From assembly GCA_051362555.1 (NCBI GenBank), contig CM120642.1, positions 32,860,001-32,924,000 of the forward strand: a DNA stretch of 64,000 nucleotides. The letters run 5' to 3'. Under the pieces are notes generated by a model that worked only from the letters and a program-made list of their open reading frames with translations, did no database searches and was not told where the DNA came from. A program made the translations under genes and the position numbers. Below, piece by piece: positions 1 through 12,850 of this stretch (the first letter of the stretch is position 1; each line of letters opens with the position of its first letter). This DNA comes from Lingula anatina. Its lineage: Eukaryota > Animalia > Brachiopoda.

Positions 1-3000
1 AAATATTCCCCAACAAAGGGATGTTTACTGAAGCGTACATCAGATTTGCAGTCGGCGTGTGTGCTGGGGGCTTGTCCTGTCAAGATGCACACGTGCGCGT
101 TTCCAAAATGTCTGCGGGCACTCTTCCGCTCGCATTATAGATTTCTCAAACACAATATGCGTATCTCCCTCATCTGAAAACACTTTCACTTTGTCAAATC
201 CGTGTCTGAAAACAAAGGCCGACAATACGCAGAAGAGAAGTATGCGAAAATTCACACCTGAAATATCGAGCACACTGTCCAAGGAAAATATGTTTGGTAC
301 TTGAGGAGGACTAGAGTATAAACATATTATTGGGGAGAATAAACACCACCAACTGTCTAGAACATCTTCCACCCAGTCTAGCTAGGAAAACGCCCCCACC
401 TGTGCTTTTAAAGCGTTTATGTAACAACATTTAATCGTGCGCAACTGTTAAATCTATGTTTTAATACTACAGGCTTTTCTTAAAACCCTTCCGATATTCA
501 CTCTCCATCGCGTAATCGAATTAACGATAAATACAGAGACTGCCGTTATTTCAATTAACAAATACGGCGAGGCAGAAGCTGCTTTGGCTATCCATAGCCC
601 CTGGCCCTATGTTATATATGTGGGCCCAGATCATGGATAAGAGGTTTGCTAAGTTAGTTGGCTTGAAGAGACCTAATGAAGCAGGACCACTCCAAGACAC
701 TTTCCACGCAGAAAAAATATTCAAAACATCACATGATTGAAGCGTACAGTTAATGTTCCTATTTGTCTCCATTATTAACTTTCGAGGCGAATAAAAAGAT
801 TGCTGCAACACTTCAAACTCCATGGAACCCCCACCAGCAATTAAATCAATGTAGGATATGCATTTTAATTGGCTAGCAATGCATTAAAAGAATCTGTCGC
901 ATTTAACACCATGAATTTTAAATGTTATGATATGAATATTCATCACCTATTCTGTCATATTTACCGCACAATTCAACACAATATGATAATGACTCATTTG
1001 TTTGCCAAACTCATAGAAAAATAAACATTGGGTCTACAAATTTTTCGGCTTGAAATGTTGGCAACAATGTATTAATTCTAGAATAGTTTGTTTTTTATTC
1101 TTGGCACCAATTTTTCACTGAAGTATGCGGAGAATATCACGGGAGATTGCAAAGACTTTACAGAGTAATTCACTAACATAAAACTAACCCCAGCTAAATA
1201 CCAAGCGCCTTTTACGAGTCTCAGTCGAAAGTGCAGCAGTTAAAAATCGCTAGAATTTGCCATGTTAAAGTGGAAAGTTATTACTCCCATCTCTTTGCGA
1301 TCTTCAGTAACAGCTTTGTCGGGAAAACATGCCACATTTTATTTAACAAGAGCTATCAGAAAAAATACAATATCCGAAAGAATGTACTTTCTGGTCATAA
1401 CATTGACCAACGATCCCACCTTTACAAGACGTTTTCATTTAATAAAGGCGCGTCCAGAGACAACTACTTCCAGCTAGCCCGCAGCATATACCCTGTCAAT
1501 AATATTTGCTTTTATACATACATTTTTTTTCTCGGCTTTATGAAAACTGATCAAGTACTTAAATGTGATATTCATTAAATTTTACCAAATATAGATAACC
1601 AGTAAACCTCTTTATCCAAACAAAAAAGAAAAAGTAATTTGTATAACAATAGATGCACAATACATCACTACAAATCTATGATTCTGTTCAGTTAGATTGC
1701 TCCTAGCGTCGAGTCAATGGTGAATTATTCCAGTATTAACCCATCCATTAATAGAGGAAGAGTTCCCCAGAAATAGTACGAAACAAGTGCCACTCATCAC
1801 CTGCCTTCCCCAACTTTCACCCGTTACTTCGACCTTAAGACCCTAACATAAAGGTCCAGTTCCTCAGAAAGATGGCAACAGAGCTGAAGTTGAAGTGGGC
1901 TGTTAGCGCGAGCAACATGCCCTGTGTTAACGTAATCCGCAGATGCTGCGTCGACTGCTCTATGTCAGCCAATACCGGTTTGTTTACTGACTTGTTTATT
2001 CTTCTTGTCTACGTGTGTCGGTATTTCATTTGTGTTAAGGTCGCTACATAGGTTACGCAATTATAAGCAATATTCCCCTTTGTACAACGACTAATTTTAT
2101 TGGCATTTTCATGTTATTTAAAAAATCAAATATTCTTCTAACTTGGAAAGGGATATCTAATCTAGGAAATCTCCTCAATGGCTGATGCGTTAACCTCCGT
2201 TTTTTCATTTGCATTTATTTCTTTTTGTTCTTATTGTGCATTCAAAAGAACCCTTCCAGCCAATCAAAAAAATCTGTTCTATGTAACAAAATTGGGTACC
2301 GAGCAACTAAGTTCCCTCTTATATCAAGTCTTATTTGTACTTATTCCCTCTACTACCGACGTTTATAGAAACACAAGTGTTTTGCGTGCCAGTAGGCCTA
2401 GTAGTAGTTACAAGTGTGGAAGATCTAATGATTTACAAGTACGATATCAGAATTACAACATTACAGGTAGGCTACTCACGAGTAGGTATCATTGTTATGT
2501 CTGACAACATCGTCACAAAAATATCTCCATTCGATCTACATTTAGAATTATGTTCCTCTTTGTTAAAGAACATGACTTTCCTACGAGAAGCAGCACACGG
2601 GAAATACAATGCGAAGCGCATTTCGTGCTACACGTACTTCTATACAAGCTACTACAATGTAGTATCCGAAATCAAAGATCCACGGCTGTGGTTCTCTCAC
2701 GCTAAAATCAGAGTAGTTTCTTCCGCGTATTGATGTTGATGCGGCGGTGGATGGTCACAGGAAGATATTTTTTAAATACCAGACGAATAATTTGAAGCCA
2801 GCTAACGCGCGTTTTGGAATACCTGTTTTCTGAAAGAAATTTGTGGCTTAATTAAGGGTTAGTGTGTAGACGGGGAGGAGGGGGGTCATGTTCAAAACTT
2901 ACTTTCCCAGCAGCGGCGTTAAGCCTGCACAGGTATCTTAACACTAAATTACGTATTTGCAGTTTCTTGTAGTTCACGAATGAAAAAAAGACAACCAACA

Positions 3001-6000
3001 TCAACAGTGTGGAGAAGTCAGTGAGCATCACCTCCAAGTTTTTTTGGATTTTTTACCTCTTAACCCAGTCGATTCAACTGTTTGTGCTCATCTCGCTAAC
3101 CTGATTTACCCATATCCCATCACCGGATTACCAGGAAAAACATTGGCGGGCGACGATTTCTATCCCGGGGGCCTCGACTGCATGATCTGCCCGGTTTATT
3201 TCTCTCTCTCTCTCGATATCCCGTGGTCCGGCGTCCCACTTTTTCAAACTATACCATAACTGACAATACCAAGTCTGCACCCCCCCCCCCCAATTTTTCA
3301 TTTCTTGCTCTAAACTGAAAGTTGAGCGCAGTGAATTTTTTTTTCTTTTTCATTTCTATTACTTTAGGCTTACAAGGACACAAGCAGATATATTTGAGTT
3401 TCGTGCATTTGAATAATGCCCAGGATGGGCACAGTTGTACACTGTATTTGATGTCAACAACCTGATAAAGTGACTGTTTCTTTTTATCCCGTATTGTAGA
3501 TAATGTAGGCTAAATAACGAAGCAGAACAAGGAGAATAACCATCACCGACAAGTTAAGGTCCAATATCATTTCACAGGGGGTTTTACGCTATCTGTGACA
3601 AAATACAACAACTCCGTAGAACATACTGTAAAATGTCTCTCTTTCATCCTTTCTTTTTCTGTACAAAAGAAAATTTCACACTACTGCACATATCAGAGGC
3701 TAGAAAAAAAGAAACTTTTCAGTCAACCAGAAGCAGACAATTCAGAATTAGACAGCCAAAGACAGACAAATGCCAGATAGAAAATTATCTGTGTGTACGT
3801 CTGTCCTGAGTCTGAAGGGAAAGGGAGGGGGGGGGGGGGTAATTGGCCATGAAACAAGAACTGGACATCTAAAATATTAACTGCCGGAAAATATATACCA
3901 GCGCCAGGTTTTCTGCTTATAAATACAAAGCAAGGTATATTCCAGGCATTTCTCGACCCAACTCCATTTGGAACAATCACAATAATGAAGACCACTTGAA
4001 AGTAGTTGGTCTTTCTGGAGGGATAGCCTCTTGGTGTATCGATAAAACATGCGGTGAATCGCCAAGGATATGGGGATTTTAACTTTTGGGGCATAGCATT
4101 ACTGTACACCTTTAATTGCTGCATTGCCTGCTGCGTCCAAGCCCGTGAATGCGTCAACGATGCTATAAAATAAAATAGCCCTTCTCAAACAGTATCGGTA
4201 CACGGCCGCTGTAATATATACCCGTTCACCAGATACAGTCTGATAATATTTTCGTTGACAATACGGACTCGAGGTACTTAAACCACGGTCAGGTGAAATA
4301 CCTGCCACATCTTTCCGGAACTTTACATAAATACATGCGGCATATCTTGACCTCACGGCTGTGTAAATAGACAGAACCTGTACCCCCTCCCCCCTCTCCT
4401 CCTCTTCGCCTCAGTACCACGTGCACACACCAAACCTCAACAGAGTGGCCGGTCGAACGCTACTCACCGAGTTATTTCTCTTCCCTCTCCTCTTTGTTGG
4501 CTCAGGCTTGCTGTTCGTCTCCGGATAAAACTCCACCGCGTGAGGGGAATGTTTCTCCACCATCACGCGTGATCAAGTGGCGCTTGCGGGGACTCTCTCA
4601 GCTGGCGAACCCTACTCTACCGCACGTTCCAAGGAAAACATGCTTTGCTATAGAATAAGCACGAGTATTATGGTAGCCACAGTGCGGCGTTGTCTTAGTT
4701 TGACTGCTGGTAGGTTTTTCTTTCCTCTGCCAACTCGCGATAGTTCAGCTTGTGATGGTCAAACACAAACTACTATCCCTGTGTCAGACTCTTGCAGGTT
4801 TTCGTTCGTTAATAAACTGAAAAGTGGAGATGAATCTTGCTGCGATACAGGAGGAGGGGCTGCGCGATCTCATCTCACTCCACTGCACGCTTTTATTATA
4901 CGAGCAACGGGCTGTCAGAGTGTTTACTGACAACTTTCTCCCAGCCTGTTCGTTTCATTGGTTGGGCTTGAGCCTTGCTTCGGGTGGTCCACTTTTACTT
5001 AGGGGAGAGCCAGGGGATAAACGTTGTAAACATCCGATATTTGTTTTATAATACTGATACAGATTTCTCTCAGTTTTTCAGCTGTGACACATTACCTGTG
5101 ATTTGATTAAAGACACGGTAAAGAAAAAAGATAGGCCAACACCTTCAATGGCAATAATAAATATATGATTAGATCATAAAATGCATGAACTGAAAGCACT
5201 ATTGTTTTTTAGCTCCGATTTTATCCGCACTTTGGCAAACCAACATCAACATAGGTTGCAAAGAGCCTGGCAGTGTGGTCAGTGCCAGAGGGGCCTTTCC
5301 ACAGTTTTAGTCTTTGAAAACAGGCCCAGCTTAGATAATACCTGTACTGCTGCTTGACAGGTGGAGAAATATACCTGCCGCAAACCCCGACCACTGAAGG
5401 CGAAACTCTCAGTGAAATCGATTGCGGATTAGTCGGGGTTTATCGAGGACCCTCCTAAGCCAAGTAGCGGCGGAAGGGAGGGATTAGAGCCCCCGAAACA
5501 AAACATCTCCCTGCGCGTTCCTTTCCCATTATCAAACACCATGTTGAAGGCAGGGCTTCCTTTCACTTGTCAACAGAAATCCGGAGTAAAGAGTTTCTTC
5601 CTTCTACAGATGCCGAAGTCCAGCTGTCACGTGACCAACATGAAAAATTCTTCAAGTTAAAGGAATGCAGGTTATTTCTATGTAATCCTACACTATTGTT
5701 TAAATTCAGTTCTATATCAGCTCCCTGTGCTTTTTTTGGGAGTTCTACCTCACAGCCTACTTAATGTGCAGATAATATTTTATTCTATTCGTTTTTTTAG
5801 TTTTCTTTTTACACCTAACTCAGTTTCCCAATCGTCAATATTTTCTGCAATCACGTGACTTAAAAACAATAGAATATCACAACATGCAGCAATACAAGAA
5901 ATAATATTCTAAATCAACCGCCATCTAGTTAACTTTATAAACTGATTAAATGCCGTAATGATGGCAATGTTTAAAAGCAACCTTGGTGAAAATCATATCT

Positions 6001-8272
6001 GTGTAAATTTGTTTAAATTGTGTTTGTAGTTTTAGTGCAGTAGTCAAAGTATATATCCTTAGTCATTGTAAAAACGTATTCGAACAGAAATAAAATATGA
6101 AAAGTGGAAATAAAATATATCAAATAAGGTATAAAAAATGCTATATGAGATACGAGATATGTGATAACTCATCATACCAAACGCGTTTTCCGTCAAAATG
6201 AGGAAGTTCGGGTACATTTTTTTTTATGTAATTTATTTTTAACCAGAATACATGGTGTTTTTATTCATTCATTTTACTTTCAACGGAAATAAAAAACGAA
6301 GATGACAATGCCGGCGAATTTGGATTCGATATTAGAGAGCCACTTTGAAAAAAAGTAAAGTATTGTCCTTCATAATAAGAAATCTACTTATAAAATAGCA
6401 TCATTTTTAGGAGATATTTTATTAATAGAATGGACAGTTTTCAAACTACCCGTTTTACGCTTCACAACATTTCAGAAAATGGACCCATTAGCTGTCAATA
6501 TATCGACTATTCCGAGGATTCAGTGAATGCGACATCAAGCAGGTAAACGGGGAGCATGGACATACAAGGCACAGGCAGCTTGCTCTAGCATGTGTACACT
6601 GTCCTACTACATTGAGTAGTTCTCCTAACCCTTTGTTACAACAAGCCAAAACCGAGGTCTTATGATATCAAACATTTCTCAACAATGCTGTAGTGAGTTT
6701 TAGGGCTGTCCGTGTTTGTATTGACTTGCTTAAGTCCGGATTACAAGACGCGAGCAAGCAGAGAATCAATACCCCGGACTACTGTGAACAGTTTACCCTC
6801 TTCAGCGGGTTTTAGTGGAAGAATTGTGAAGTAGATCGAATGCTGTCAAGACATACTACTGTAGAGCAACAGCCCTCTTCAGCGAAGGCCAAGTGGAGTT
6901 CGATTTAGCTGGTTGAAATGTACCAAGCGTTTCCCAGAAACTCTGAAGTGAAGCGTTCGCCATCTTCAAAGGCGTTTAAACGAAAGACCAGGATAAGCCC
7001 ATGAAGATGTTATCAGATTTATTTAAAGAAAAAAAGACGCAACTACAGAATTTACCCTCTTTAGAAAGGTCTAAGTGGAGTTCCAAAAAGGACAAAGTGG
7101 ACGTCCACAGATTTACATGAAAACTAATATGAGTGTTTGGCACTGTTTCTATCTGTAAAAATTACGGCCTTGGCAATATACCATAAACCCATGCAGTGAT
7201 TTCTACCTTGCCTAAACACATTCGAAAGAAAAAGAAACGCTCTTAATATAATCTTACATCGGTAATAGTAAACAAAAAGAACGGATCCATTGAACAAGAA
7301 GTGTCAATAAATTTAAATGCATATATGATTATTTACAGAATTATCAAAAGAAAGCAGTTCAATAATTGGAAAATGATAAAAAAATGAATGTCATAAATGC
7401 GCCTTTAAATTAGGCTTCGAGTGCTTGTAATGACTTTTGCAGTACATGGAATTTTTCATATTCCTTTATGTCATTTTTTATCTCATCTATTTTTTCATTT
7501 TAATAATTTTCATGATAATCACATTGCCACCAAATCTTGCTCTTTCAATTATAAAAAATGTGCTCAATAATATTTTATGACCACATTTCAACTTCGACTA
7601 ACGATAACTTATTTGAAAGACGCTTATTATAGATACAAAAACTTTTCACATCATTTTCAGTTACAAGGCTTTTCTTGGGGATACAGCATCATTGGATAAC
7701 CTTCTGTGCAAAATATTCAGCATAGAGAAGTTTGGGTTAAACGTTTTATTTGTATCACGAAGGTTTGAATGGACAAATATTTGAACGGTTAATAGGGTTT
7801 GAGAAATAGCTTTGTTAAAAAAAATACCCATTCACATTGACAAATATTTTCAGCATACGTGCGAAGATCATGGTAAACCGCTATCTGTTCGTATGGACTT
7901 ATGACGCGCCAAGGACCATATACAATTTACCCACAAAAATGTGTGAAGAAATATAAAACGTCAGGATGGTGAGATGCCATATTAAAGTAAATAAATAAAG
8001 AGAAGTTTTATTGCAGCTTATGCGGTGTATATCAGAGTTATCTGGCGACAATGGACATCATTGATACAAATACATTCATTATATAACGATAAAGAAATGT
8101 GAAATAATAATTTGTAATAGGAAATCTAAAATCTATAGCAGTGCAAATAACTGATTTAATGAAAATGGATTAATCAACCTCATTAGGTTCTTAGTGAAAA
8201 ATAGATATAAGAAAGCGCACTATACTACGTGTTACTATGATGGTGGTAAGTTATCTGTTGCTATATAATAGA

Positions 8273-8537
8273 TAATTTTACAACACTAAGTGACTTTTTC
8301 CTATGGTGGCATGATCCTTTTATGTAATTTTACAACACTAAGTGACTTTTACCTATGGTGGCATGATCCTTTTATGTAATTTGACAACACTAAGTGACTT
8401 TTTCCTATGGTGGCATGATCCTTTTATGTAATTTTACAACACTAAGTGACTTTTACCTATGGTGGCATGATCCTTTTATGTAATTTTACAACACTAAGTG
8501 ACTTTTTCCTATGGTGGCATGATCCTTTTATGTAATT
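8273..8537. repeat. Minisatellite, 52-bp unit x5
   Basis: TAATTTTACAACACTAAGTGACTTTTWCCTATGGTGGCATGATCCTTTTATG starts at 8273, 8325, 8377, 8429 and 8481; nearly perfect copies. Confidence 0.95.
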
Positions 8538-8577
8538 GTGCTGCTTTTATTATATTCAGACTTGCTATGCCCCCTCT

Positions 8578-8631
<54 letters not shown>

Positions 8632-9369
8632 CAGGCACATTAATATTTTTCCCATGCATTGCACTGCATGAAAAAACACCTTTTATCGCCTTTCATTCAT
8701 CTACAAAATGTTATCGAAAGATGATCCCTCATCTTTCATCATCCTTTCCTGACGAAAAGGTCATCTTTCACCTTTCATTTGTAAAAGGTCATCTTTTTAT
8801 CAACTTTTACCTCTCGGAAAGACCGTCATTCACATTTTCATTAACTTTCAGTTTTCAAAAGTTCAACTATCACCTTTTACAGTACGAAAGGCCACCTTAC
8901 ATTCCAGCTTTTGTTAACTGGAAAGGTCACATTTTGTTTATCTTTTATTTTCTGAAAGCTTAAGACTAATTTTATAATAATGCGTGGTGATCTTTTGTAT
9001 GTATACTATTTATTTTATGTACAGGACTTAATTCCGTATCTTACATTAAGCGCATTATGGAAAAAGCGAATACTTTTGCAAATTGTTTGCATGATGAAAT
9101 GTTTTGCACTTTGACTAAAGTATTTAACTGATAGATTGAATGTGGTGATTTGCATTTCGGAGAAATAATTATGCAATCTTGCATTGGCTGGAGTTTATGT
9201 ATAAATATATAGCATTCAGTGCAGTAGAAGAAGTGTTCACCGAATTTCACTTGAGGTAGACATATAATTTTGACGGTTTAAACGACAAACAACTTTCAGA
9301 ATCGAAAGTAACTTATATTTTTATTCCAATATCGTCAGGGCTTAAATACAGCAAATAAAAAATAATATG

Positions 9370-10050
9370 TCAGAGGTCACATCTCCATATTTGCCTTGAT
9401 AATTACTTTCACAGGAAATAATCTCCATGCTTCTGGACAGTAGCTAATTATGTCAGGATTATAGCATTGGTTGCACCAAGTCCAAAAAGTGTTTGAGGTC
9501 ACCTCTCCATAATTTGCCTGGCTAGAGGCTCGTCTCTAAACAGAAAACCACCCCTCCTCGACAAAAAAGGCAATAGGATCTCTCGTCACTAACTTAGTAA
9601 TTTTCAGTTATGTCAGGATTTTAGCATTGATTGCACCAAGTCCAAAAAGTGTTTGAGGTCACCTCTCCATAATTTGCCTGGCTAGAGGCTCGTCTCTAAA
9701 CAGAAAACCACCCCTCCTCGACAAAAAAGGTTATAGGATCTCTCACCACTAACTTTGTTAATTTCAGTAATGTCAGAATTTTAGCATTGATTGCACCAAG
9801 TCAAAATAGTGTTTGAGGTCACCTCTCCATAATTTGCCTGGCTAGAGGATTGTCTCTTAACAGAAAACCACCCCTCCTTGACAAAAAAGGTTATAGGATC
9901 TCTCATCACTAACTTTGTTATTTGCAGTTATGTCAGTATTAGCATTGATTGTATCAAGTCAAAAATTATAATTACAATAAATGTCAGAGGTCACCTCTCC
10001 ATAGTTTGCCTGACCAGATGATCGTTTCTAAGGAGAAAACCACTCTAAAA
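9370..10050. repeat. 160-bp tandem repeat (3 full units plus degenerate flanking units) inside the CACTA element
   Basis: ATGTCAGRATT starts recur at 9450, 9610, 9770 and (variant) 9930; shared core GAGGTCACCTCTCCATARTTTGCCTG. Confidence 0.92.
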
Positions 10051-10689
10051 TTGTTATGATGTGTTTTAAACTCCAGAGAGCAAGTTTTACCTTTTACATA
10101 ATCCCTAATAGTAAGGCCCTGGGCATGATGGAAATATTTAACCGAAGTTAGATAGGTAGTAATCAACTATGCAATTTGAATTTGTTTATATTGGAACTGG
10201 TTATATTACTGACAGACTGTTACTGTTTGCATATCCTTCATTCATCTTGCTTACACTTCTGTAGTTAATCTTAATATCAGAGGAAAATTATCAACCATAC
10301 ATAACTGTTTACTTATTCTCTTGCTCAGAGCGAGTCAGTCTCCCCTTTACCATTTTAGCATGTTTAATTCCATAAATCTGACGGTGAGGGGGTCTGAGGT
10401 AAACACAAAGAGGTTATACATGTAGGTTAACAATTTCTATTGTAGCTGCAGACTGGGAATTCATGTATAACAGGAGCACAGGAATGCAGCCTTCTTTTAG
10501 ATGTTCATCTCTTTTCTTGTGACGACAGGCACTGCTTTTTCATCCTTGTGACGCCCAATTCCTTTATAAAAGAAAAGACATACTGAATAATAGAGACATG
10601 ACAAAAACACTTGACAATATTTTTCTGAGAACTTAATTCTTTTCTATAATGTGCAGCTGTTTTAAATAGTGTCATTTTCGGTTGTATAA

Positions 10690-10904
10690 GGCTGTATTCC
10701 CAGACCTTTTAGATCGATCTATCCCCACGGGGAGTCTCACTAGATTACTGTCAGATAATCCGGCTTAAATGTCCGTCCCGCCTACTACAAGCTGTAAGGG
10801 GGTAATTAACTTTCGTGTCCACTCGGCTGACAGCTATTTAGCGTGAACCCCCAGGGAGTTAGGTAGATCTAAAGTAGATCGATCTAATCTCTGGAAATGG
10901 GGTC
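10690..10904. mobile_element. Harbinger-like MITE nested in the CACTA element
   Basis: TAA flanks, imperfect TIR GGCTGTATTCCCAGA / TCTGGAAATGGGGTC, subterminal TAGATCGATCTA palindrome at both ends. Confidence 0.6.
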
Positions 10905-11399
10905 TAAGTTGAATCCATCCCCTTTCACATTAAAGCACCCCCTTGTAATCCAACACATGGGAATATTCTAACACTTTTAAAAATGACAACCCCTTGTTGT
11001 TACCCTGTATCGTGGACGTGCACATACTGTATATTTCAAAAATCCACAGTGAGTAACAGGTCAAACGTTAGAACAGACAAAAGCCAAGCCCAATGAAACT
11101 CAGTATAACTCGATCCTTTCTCGAGAGACGGCTAAATTACCCTGCAACATGCAGTGCGTCGAGAAAGATTCCCGCTTTAATCCCAGAAGCATGCTTTGCT
11201 ATAATTTGTGTTAACATACACTGTGCGAACATTACTGAAATCACTATATCACCTACCTTGTAAAACGATGACCGTCTGCCCCGTGTTTAGTGATCTATAT
11301 TATTGTCTCTTGCTGTTTTAGTATTGAGTAAAACACGAAGTAAAAGGTTGCCGTGCGAGCTTTTCTGCCATTAATACTGCATTATAGGTCAATGCTAGA

Positions 11400-11560
11400 G
11401 AATCGGCGCGAAAGATATCCCATTACATACTATCTGCGCATGCGCAAGGCCAGGCGGTTAAAAATGCGCGGACTGTAAGTCTGTGTAGGCCGGTTACAGT
11501 ATATAATTTCCAAGCCACCGTATTGATTATGGTCGACTTCTTTGCAAGATGGCATTTGTT
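11400..11560. promoter_or_regulatory. Putative bidirectional promoter inside the CACTA element
   Basis: CpG-rich core with E2F-like GGCGCGAAA (11405-11413), NRF1-type palindrome TGCGCATGCGCA (11435-11446) and YY1-like CAAGATGGC (11545-11553), flanked by outward-facing AG|GTAGGT donors. Confidence 0.4.
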
Positions 11561-11927
11561 GCGGCGATAATTTAACTGAGGAGGATGAAGAGAATGAGTA
11601 AATGCATCAGGTAGGTCTAATATAACATTTGAATCAATCATAATAAGGGAACAAACAACCGTGTCACGGACGCCCAAGATGGGTTTTATGCACGAAGAAC
11701 AGACCGTGCTGAAAAAAGATTATCACGATCGTGAAACAATTGTTAATCAAACACTCTGTCCTATTTATTAGAACACTGCAAAAAGTTTACGTCAAAGTAC
11801 GGCCCCGCGTACAAGTAAAGATTCTGTACATGTATATAACTGGCCTGTATTAATCCCATAGAGTCGACCTACATTCCTTGACCTAAATTCCAGGCAGGGT
11901 TATATAATCAATGCACTGGTTCACTCG

Positions 11928-12344
11928 CAGGGTTCATACAGCACTTTATGTGCTTGAATCTAGTATATATTGCCCCTTGTACATGTATTCAGTCTGTTTA
12001 TGACTTTAAAAGTACTTGAAATTGTTATTAGCCTTACAAAGGGCTTGTATTTATCATTTTTCCCTAAAAAATTCTGGGATTTGATCAGTTAGAAATTTGT
12101 CGAATGATTATTTCAAACCTTGTTTTTAACCTCAATGCAGACATGCTGGGGGAATGCCCTTTTTAATCTGTCAATTTTTTTCTCATGTTTCTTTATCATT
12201 AAAATACAAAGTTTGTGTGAATGATGCACCTCTTTTCTATGCAAACTTAAAAATGACAGTATGGCGCATTGAGTTATTGAAAAGTTATTGATTTAGAGCC
12301 TCAGAAGTCATTCAATTTGCTTTTATGTTGCTGTATGAACCCTA
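11928..12344. mobile_element. ~417-bp MITE nested in the CACTA element (superfamily uncertain)
   Basis: TIR CAGGGTTCATACAGCA / TGCTGTATGAACCCTA (15 of 16 match), recurring AAAGTNCTTGAAWTT-like motifs inside. No clear TSD. Confidence 0.6.
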
Positions 12345-12850
12345 AGCAGTAATCATTAATATCTTCATCATTGCATGTAGTTATTTCAGCATTCATATTT
12401 TCATTAATGAAAACTGTTTGTATGATACACTAAAATAATTCACTATCTTAAAATATCTATTTCTTTTCCAGATGCTATTAAAAGACAGGCTGTCTGAACA
12501 GCACATAAAACAAACAAACAAAGTGGATGGACTAAGGCAAAAAAAATTGGAAGAGAAGAATGGGGTATGTAATACAGGAGCTTATATAAGTTATGTACAA
12601 GGCCCAATCAAGTTGCCTAGCAGTAATCATGAATGCATATTTTCATCATTACTTGTAGCTATTTCATTATTCATATTTCCCTAATTGAAAACTTTTTGCA
12701 TGATATTACACTCAAATAATTCACTCTTTTAATTTATTTACCAGGTGCCATTAAAAGATACTACAGATCTGAAAAGTAGGAGGATGTTCTAAAACAAGCA
12801 AAAGGACTGGATGAGCTGAAACAAAAAATATGGAAAAGAAGGAAGGAGGT
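12345..12850. repeat. Diverged ~275-bp tandem duplication inside the CACTA element
   Basis: AGCAGTAATCAT...AAATAATTCACT...CCAG followed by an A-rich segment occurs at about 12345-12565 and 12619-12850. Confidence 0.7.

Noticed and set aside
135-173. Minus-strand ATG reading MREI..., like the beta-tubulin N-terminus
   Set aside because: Continues RILCLRNL and stops after 12 codons; no tubulin exons in the window.
5268-5290. TGGCAGTGTGGT, matching the 5' half of miR-34
   Set aside because: The 3' half does not match and there is only a tiny local hairpin, not a pre-miRNA.
40-5764. ORFs of 60-144 aa on both strands at the window start
   Set aside because: No recognisable motifs, several use non-ATG starts, and no consistent splice chain could be built.
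6906-6930. AGCTGGTTGAAAT, resembling the miR-133 passenger arm
   Set aside because: The mature TTGGTCCCCTTCAACCAGCT arm is absent downstream.
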